DNA from: Actinomycetes bacterium
GTDB taxonomy: Bacteria > Actinomycetota > Thermoleophilia > Gaiellales > F1-60-MAGs149
Length of the DNA stretch: 64,000 bases
Direction: 5' to 3'
Assembly (NCBI GenBank): GCA_025360225.1
Contig: JANYCN010000034.1
Span: 34,063 to 98,062 of the forward strand
Shown: positions 59,292-64,000 of the stretch, piece after piece
Layout: each line of letters starts with the position of its first letter
Numbering within the stretch: the first letter of the stretch is position 1
Notes under the pieces: model-generated
What the model was told of the DNA's origin: nothing
The model's input: the letters and a program-made list of their open reading frames with translations, nothing else
Database searches by the model: none
Translations under genes and position numbers: made by a program

Positions 59292-60677
59292 CTACGCCAA
59301 CGACAGGATCTGCGCCCACAGGGCGGCGACGTGGCGGCGCTCGGTGTGGGTCTGGCCGATCGAGATGCGGATCGTCGCGTGGCCGGCCAGGCGGGTCTGG
59401 GTGAGCGCCGCGCGGCCGCTCGCGTTCACGGCCTCGACGATGCGAAGCGTCGCCTCGTCGCCATCCAGGTGGCGCACGCACACCAGCCCAAGCCGCGGCG
59501 GGGCGACGAGGACGAAGCGCGCGTCGGCGGCGACCCAGGTGACGAGCTCGGCAGCGAGCGCGACGCCATGCCGGATGAACGCCTGCAGGCCCGCGACGCC
59601 GTAGTGGCGGATCACGAACCACAGCTTCAACGCCCGGAACCGGCGGCCGAGCGGCACCTGCCAGTCGCGGTAGTCGATCACCGACCCCGCCGCGGAGGCG
59701 GCGTTGCGCAGGTACTCCGGCACGATCGAGAGGGCGTCGACCAGCGCCTGGCGATCCCGGACGTAGAACAGCGTGCAGTCGAAGTTCGTCAGGAGCCACT
59801 TGTGCGGGTTCGTCGAGTAGCTATCGGCAAGCTCGACACCGTCGTTCAGTCCCCGGAGCTCCGGACAGATCGCGGCGACGCCAGCCATCGCCGCATCGAC
59901 GTGAAGCCACAGCCGCTCGCGAGCGCAGAGCTCGCCGAGCGCCCGCACCGGGTCGACGGCGAGGCTCGAGGTGGTGCCGACGCTCGCAGCAACGAAGAAC
60001 GGCACCAGCCCCGCGGCGCGATCCGCCGCAACCTGGACCTCGAGCAGGTCGACGCGCATCGCGAAGGTCGCGTCGACGTCGATCAGACGCAGGTGGGGGA
60101 TCCCGGCGACGCGCGCATCCTTCTCGACGGAGGAGTGCGTCTGGGTCGACACGTACGCAACCAGCTCGCCGTCGCTCACCGCAGCCCGCGAGCGCGCAGC
60201 GACGAGCGCCGTGAGCGCTGCACTGGACGCCGAGTCGTGCAGGACGCCACCGCCGGCACCGTCGCTGCGAAACGCCTCCGGCAGCCCGAGCATCCCGACG
60301 AGCCAGTCCAGGACGTGCGCCTCGAGCTCCGTGCAGGCCGGACTGGTGGCCCACAACATGCCCTGTTGGCCGAGGCCGGCGGAGGCGAGCTCGCCGAGAA
60401 TCGACGGCCCGGAGACGTTCGCCGGGAAGAACGCGAACCAGTCAGGCGACTGCCAGCCAACAACGCCCGGCAGCACGACGCGATCGAGGTCGGCGGCGAT
60501 CACCTCCCATGGCTCACCCTCGACCGGAGGTTCATGCGGGAGCAGCGCGCGGATCGCTCCGGGCGCGACCTGCGGGTACACCGGAAGCCCCTCGACCCGC
60601 TCCATGTAGGACGCGACCCAGTCGACCATCGCGTGTCCGTGACGCCGAAACGCGTCCGGCGTCATGTGCCCCGTCAC
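59292..60677 (-). CDS. Group II PLP-dependent decarboxylase (aromatic-L-amino-acid/tyrosine decarboxylase-like)
   Basis: Motifs are FRRHGHAMVDWVASYMERVEGLPVYPQVAPGAI, WQSPDWFAFFPAN and STNPHKWLLTNFDCTLFYV (the PLP Lys). The GTG at 60677 forms a GTGA overlap with the upstream CHAD gene. Confidence 0.9.
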   Translation of the reverse strand: MTGHMTPDAFRRHGHAMVDWVASYMERVEGLPVYPQVAPGAIRALLPHEPPVEGEPWEVIAADLDRVVLPGVVGWQSPDWFAFFPANVSGPSILGELASAGLGQQGMLWATSPACTELEAHVLDWLVGMLGLPEAFRSDGAGGGVLHDSASSAALTALVAARSRAAVSDGELVAYVSTQTHSSVEKDARVAGIPHLRLIDVDATFAMRVDLLEVQVAADRAAGLVPFFVAASVGTTSSLAVDPVRALGELCARERLWLHVDAAMAGVAAICPELRGLNDGVELADSYSTNPHKWLLTNFDCTLFYVRDRQALVDALSIVPEYLRNAASAAGSVIDYRDWQVPLGRRFRALKLWFVIRHYGVAGLQAFIRHGVALAAELVTWVAADARFVLVAPPRLGLVCVRHLDGDEATLRIVEAVNASGRAALTQTRLAGHATIRISIGQTHTERRHVAALWAQILSLA

Positions 60678-61210
60678 GAGCCGGGCTTCGCGAGCGCCTG
60701 CCGGACGCGCTCCCGGAACCCGGTACGCCGAAGCGTGTCCCAGCGGTCAAGGAAGGTCGCGTAGAGGACCGTGCGCCGCGCCGTCGTGGCGACGACGAGC
60801 GCCTCCAGTCCGACGTACGCCGCACGGTTCGGCAACGCTGCGAAGGCCTCGGGCGAACGATCGGCGGCGACGAGAAAGACGCGGTCCTGCTCACGGAGCC
60901 GGGCGACGTGCGCGTCGATCTCCGGCACGAGGACGTCCGCGTCATGGATCTCGCCGAGCACCTCCTGCAACCACCTCGCCTCACCCTCAAGACGAGCTCC
61001 AACCTTACCGAACGAGAAGCCGACGATCTCGAGGACGTAGCGCAGGCGTTTCGCCGCGATCCGCATGTCGTGCAGCTCGGTCACGCGATCCGGGTCGCGG
61101 ATCGCCGGATCGAAGGCGTACAGCTCATCGAGCCGCGTGCGAACGATCCGCGCCGCGTTCGCGCGGAACGAGCCATCCGGGTCGAGCCCGCGCACGCCGT
61201 GAGCCCTCAT
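60674..61210 (-). CDS. CHAD-domain protein (short, 178 aa)
   Basis: VTELHDMRIAAKRLRYVLEIVG and LGEIHDADVL are CHAD signature helices. Confidence 0.8.
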   Translation of the reverse strand: MRAHGVRGLDPDGSFRANAARIVRTRLDELYAFDPAIRDPDRVTELHDMRIAAKRLRYVLEIVGFSFGKVGARLEGEARWLQEVLGEIHDADVLVPEIDAHVARLREQDRVFLVAADRSPEAFAALPNRAAYVGLEALVVATTARRTVLYATFLDRWDTLRRTGFRERVRQALAKPGS

Positions 61211-61683
61211 CGACGTCCGTCCTCAACGAGCCGTGCGACCTGCCGCGAGAACCGCTCCTTGTCGAGCCGCAAAAGCGCTGGCGGAAGATGGTCGTCGGCC
61301 GCGACCCTGCGGGCGGCGAGCTCCGCGATCAGGCTCTCCACGCCGGCCCGGTCCTCCACCGGCGCGGCTGCCGCGTACGCTCGCAGACCGTCGATCTGCA
61401 CGTCCAGATCGCGGGCCTCGGAGAGCGCGTCAGCGGTGTCCTTGACGAGACGAAGCAGCGTCAGATGGGCGCGCCCGGGAAAACAGCCAGCGTACACCTC
61501 GAGCACGGCGCGCAGGCGCCGGGAGGCGACGCGCATCTGGTGCAGCGCCTCGATGTCCTCGCCGGCAAGGGTGCCGTCGCGGTGGACGAGCAGCTCCGGT
61601 CCGCGAACCGCGAGCGACCGGCGCGCCGCGTCGCGGAACGACCCGCGTGGATCGATCTCCACCGGCTCGGGACCGCCAGCCAT
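61207..61683 (-). CDS. CHAD-domain protein (short, 158 aa)
   Basis: IEALHQMRVASRRLRAVLEVYAG and LSEARDLDVQI are CHAD signatures. ATGA overlap with the next CHAD gene and TGATG overlap with ppk. Confidence 0.8.
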   Translation of the reverse strand: MAGGPEPVEIDPRGSFRDAARRSLAVRGPELLVHRDGTLAGEDIEALHQMRVASRRLRAVLEVYAGCFPGRAHLTLLRLVKDTADALSEARDLDVQIDGLRAYAAAAPVEDRAGVESLIAELAARRVAADDHLPPALLRLDKERFSRQVARLVEDGRR

Positions 61684-63857
61684 CAGCCGGCCTCGGGCGA
61701 TCGGGCACCGGGCTTGCCGGGCTGCGCGCGGCGCACGAGCCGACGCTCCGCCGCAGCCTCACGCCGGTCGGCGGCCTCCTCGCGCTCGGCGTAGGAGACG
61801 GCACGCTCCATCAACGCGGCCTGGCTCGACAGCGCCGTCCCCTCCTCGTCGGGTCGCAGGCGCCGCCACGCACCGTCGCCGTCGAGCTCCCACGCCCCCT
61901 CCGAGTCGGCGAGGAGCAGGTCGAGCACCGTGTCGATCTCCGACACGAGCTCCGGATCGTCGACCGGGGTGATCACCTCGATCCGGTTGTCGAGGTTGCG
62001 TGGCATCAGGTCGGCCGAGCCCATCAGCGTCGCGTCGCCGTGCATCGTGTGGAACCGGTAGATGCGCGAGTGCTCGAGGAACCGGCCGAGGATCGAGCGC
62101 ACGCGGATCGTCTCTGATAGACCGGGGACGCCCGGGCGCAGGCAGCACGTGCCGCGGACGATGACGTCGATCGTCACGCCGACCTGGGAGGCGCGGTACA
62201 GCTCCGCAATCACGGCGCGGTCGACGAGCGCGTTGGTCTTCAGCACCATCCTCGCCGGCTGGTGCGCGTCGTGCTCGTGCGCGCAACGCCGGATCTCGTC
62301 GACGAGACGGTCGCGCATCTGCGCCGGCGCGACCCAGAGGCGGCGGTAACGCGCCGGCCGGCCGAACCCGGTGAGGTGGTTGAACAGGTCGGAGACGTCA
62401 GCGGTGACGTCCTCGCGGCACGTGAACAGCCCGAGGTCGGTGTACAGCCGCGCCGTCGCCGGATGGTAGTTGCCGGTGCCAATGTGCGCGTAGCGCCGCG
62501 CGACGCCCTCCTCGCGGCGCACGACGAGCGCGAGCTTGCAGTGCGTCTTCAGGCCCTGCAGCCCGTAGACGACGTGCACGCCGGCACGCTCGAGCGAGCG
62601 CGCCCAACGGATGTTCTTCTCCTCGTCGAACCGCGCCGTCACCTCAACCATCGCGACGGCCTGCTTGCCCTGCTCGGCAGCGCGGATCAACGCCGGCACG
62701 ATCGGCGAGTCGCCGCTCGTCCGGTAGATCGTGTGCTTGATCGCAAGGACGTCAGGGTCGTCGACGGCCTGCTCGATGAACCGCTCAACCGAGGTCGGGA
62801 ACGAGTCGTACGGGTGGTGGACGAGGATGTCGCCGCGCCGCAGCTCGGCGAACATGTCGACACGGCCGTCCTCGTTGTCCAGGCGCGGCTGCGTCTGCGG
62901 CGTCCACGGCTCGTAGTGCAGGTCGGGCCGGTCAATCGAGGCGATCGGGAACAGGTCTGCAAGGTCGAGAGGGCGCCGCGCGCGGTAGACGTGGTCAGGA
63001 TGCACCCGCAACGCCTGCTCGATCGTCTCGCGCATCGCGACCGACATCGTGTCCTCGACCTCGAGCCGCACGACGTCCCCGAACCGCCGTCGCGAGAGCT
63101 CCTGCTCGACCGCCTCCAGCAGGTCCTCTGCTCCTTCGGAGATGTCGAAGTCGGCATCGCGCGTGACGCGGAACATCGCATGCTCGGAGAAGGCCATGCC
63201 GGGGAACAGCGAGGCAAGGTTGTCGGCGATCACCTCCTCGAGGGCGACGTAGCGACGCCCGCGCTCGAGGGCGACGAAGCGCGGCAGCACCTCCGGCACC
63301 TTCACCCGCGCGAAGCGCTCCTCACCCGTCTCCGGGTCGACGACGTTGACACCGAGCGAAAGCGAGAGGTTCGAGATGTACGGGAACGGTCGGCCGGGAC
63401 CGACGGCGAGCGGCGTCAGAGCAGGGAAGATCTCGCGCTCGAAGAGCGCGCGAAGCCGTCCGCGCTCCTCGTGCGTCAGCTCGTGCAGGGCGAGCACACG
63501 GATGTCCTGTTCGGCGAGAGCGGGGAGGAGCTGGCCGTGCAGGATCGCCTCCAGCTCTGTCTCGAGCGCACGGACACGGTCGGCGATCGCGTGCAGCACG
63601 TCCTCGGGCCGACGGCCCTCGCTCGGGAGCGTTCCGGCCGCTGCATGGTCGACGAGCCCGGCGACACGGACCATGAAGAACTCGTCGAGGTTGTTCGCGT
63701 AGATCGCGCAGAACTTGAGCCGCTCGAGCAGCGGCAGGCTCGCGTCGCCGGCGAGCTGCAGCACGCGATCGTTGAAGTCGACCCAGGAGAGCTCGCGGTT
63801 CAGGTACAACGACGCGTCGTCGAGCGCAGGCTGGCGCCGGCCACGCGTCCGGGCCAT
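61683..63857 (-). CDS. ppk: Polyphosphate kinase 1
   Basis: YLNRELSWVDFNDRVLQLAGDASLPLLERLKFCAIYANNLDEFFMVRVAGL and the later HTKLALVVRRE-type segment (HCKLALVVRREEG) are canonical PPK1. Length is 724 aa. Confidence 0.95.
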   Translation of the reverse strand: MARTRGRRQPALDDASLYLNRELSWVDFNDRVLQLAGDASLPLLERLKFCAIYANNLDEFFMVRVAGLVDHAAAGTLPSEGRRPEDVLHAIADRVRALETELEAILHGQLLPALAEQDIRVLALHELTHEERGRLRALFEREIFPALTPLAVGPGRPFPYISNLSLSLGVNVVDPETGEERFARVKVPEVLPRFVALERGRRYVALEEVIADNLASLFPGMAFSEHAMFRVTRDADFDISEGAEDLLEAVEQELSRRRFGDVVRLEVEDTMSVAMRETIEQALRVHPDHVYRARRPLDLADLFPIASIDRPDLHYEPWTPQTQPRLDNEDGRVDMFAELRRGDILVHHPYDSFPTSVERFIEQAVDDPDVLAIKHTIYRTSGDSPIVPALIRAAEQGKQAVAMVEVTARFDEEKNIRWARSLERAGVHVVYGLQGLKTHCKLALVVRREEGVARRYAHIGTGNYHPATARLYTDLGLFTCREDVTADVSDLFNHLTGFGRPARYRRLWVAPAQMRDRLVDEIRRCAHEHDAHQPARMVLKTNALVDRAVIAELYRASQVGVTIDVIVRGTCCLRPGVPGLSETIRVRSILGRFLEHSRIYRFHTMHGDATLMGSADLMPRNLDNRIEVITPVDDPELVSEIDTVLDLLLADSEGAWELDGDGAWRRLRPDEEGTALSSQAALMERAVSYAEREEAADRREAAAERRLVRRAQPGKPGARSPEAG

Positions 63858-64000
63858 CAGGCCGTGACCCGTGCGGTGGCGATCAGCCTGATCTGCTTCG
63901 GGCGCAACAGCCAGCGCAGCTCACAACGCGATCGCAACGTCCCCGCCTCGATCCGCGCGATCCCGCCCTTCGGCATCGTCACGTGCGCGCCCGTGAGATA
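63857..64000 (-). CDS. 3' end of an unidentified upstream gene; the 5' part lies outside the window
   Basis: The open frame ends ...LTGAHVTMPKGGIARIEAGTLRSRCELRWLLRPKQIRLIATARVTA*, with its TGA sharing one nt with the ppk ATG. The family is not identifiable from 47 residues. Confidence 0.35.
   Translation of the reverse strand, partial: YLTGAHVTMPKGGIARIEAGTLRSRCELRWLLRPKQIRLIATARVTA

Noticed and set aside
1-64000. A scan for CRISPR arrays, IS elements with terminal inverted repeats, rRNA, toxin-antitoxin pairs, restriction-modification or other defence genes, and reverse-transcriptase/DGR signatures.
   Set aside because: I found none. The only regularly spaced repeats are protein-coding module repeats inside the large surface-protein genes and the promoter copies described above.

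Overview
This is a very GC-rich bacterial chromosomal segment. GTG starts are common and many genes are joined by 1-4 nt GTGA/ATGA/TGATG stop-start overlaps. It looks like a motile high-GC actinobacterial or Thermoleophilia-type genome, but that is inference only. All family calls come from motifs I read in the supplied translations; no searches were run.

Block 1 (1-26.2 kb) is a nucleotide-sugar and glycosyltransferase island.
- It has a GDP branch: a ColD-like 3-dehydratase, gmd and an epimerase/reductase.
- It has a CDP branch: rfbF, rfbG and rfbH, plus a YerE-like ThDP enzyme.
- I count about ten glycosyltransferase domains in eight proteins, none with an obvious membrane segment. I saw no flippase, polymerase or priming transferase.
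- The island runs directly into flaG-fliS-(flgN-like)-fliD.
- Every operon head here, and a PilZ gene at 29.8 kb, carries the same CTCAAG-N15-GxCGATAC element. This resembles a sigma-28 (FliA/SigD/WhiG) promoter and is usually placed so the mRNA would be leaderless.
- I read this block as a flagellar-regulon protein-glycosylation system using 3,6-dideoxyhexoses.

Block 2 (26.2-31.9 kb) contains a large secreted repeat protein, a deletion scar made of two gene remnants beside tRNA-Gly, the PilZ gene, and a secreted protein with a Pro14 tract.

Block 3 (31.9-58.6 kb) is entirely on the minus strand.
- Gene order is a 1600-aa Ig-repeat surface protein, an OmpR/HK two-component system, a 2753-aa beta-helix protein, three consecutive Tat-signal cupredoxin proteins, a small anchored protein, a CopC-CopD fusion and an S8 protease.
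- The copper ligands of the three cupredoxin proteins are split between polypeptides.
- This is my best candidate for an undescribed system: a heteromeric, surface-tethered multicopper oxidase machine.

Block 4 (58.7-64 kb) contains tRNA-Arg, a lipoprotein, and a ppk-CHAD-CHAD-decarboxylase operon.

I saw no CRISPR array, transposase, integrase or rRNA.
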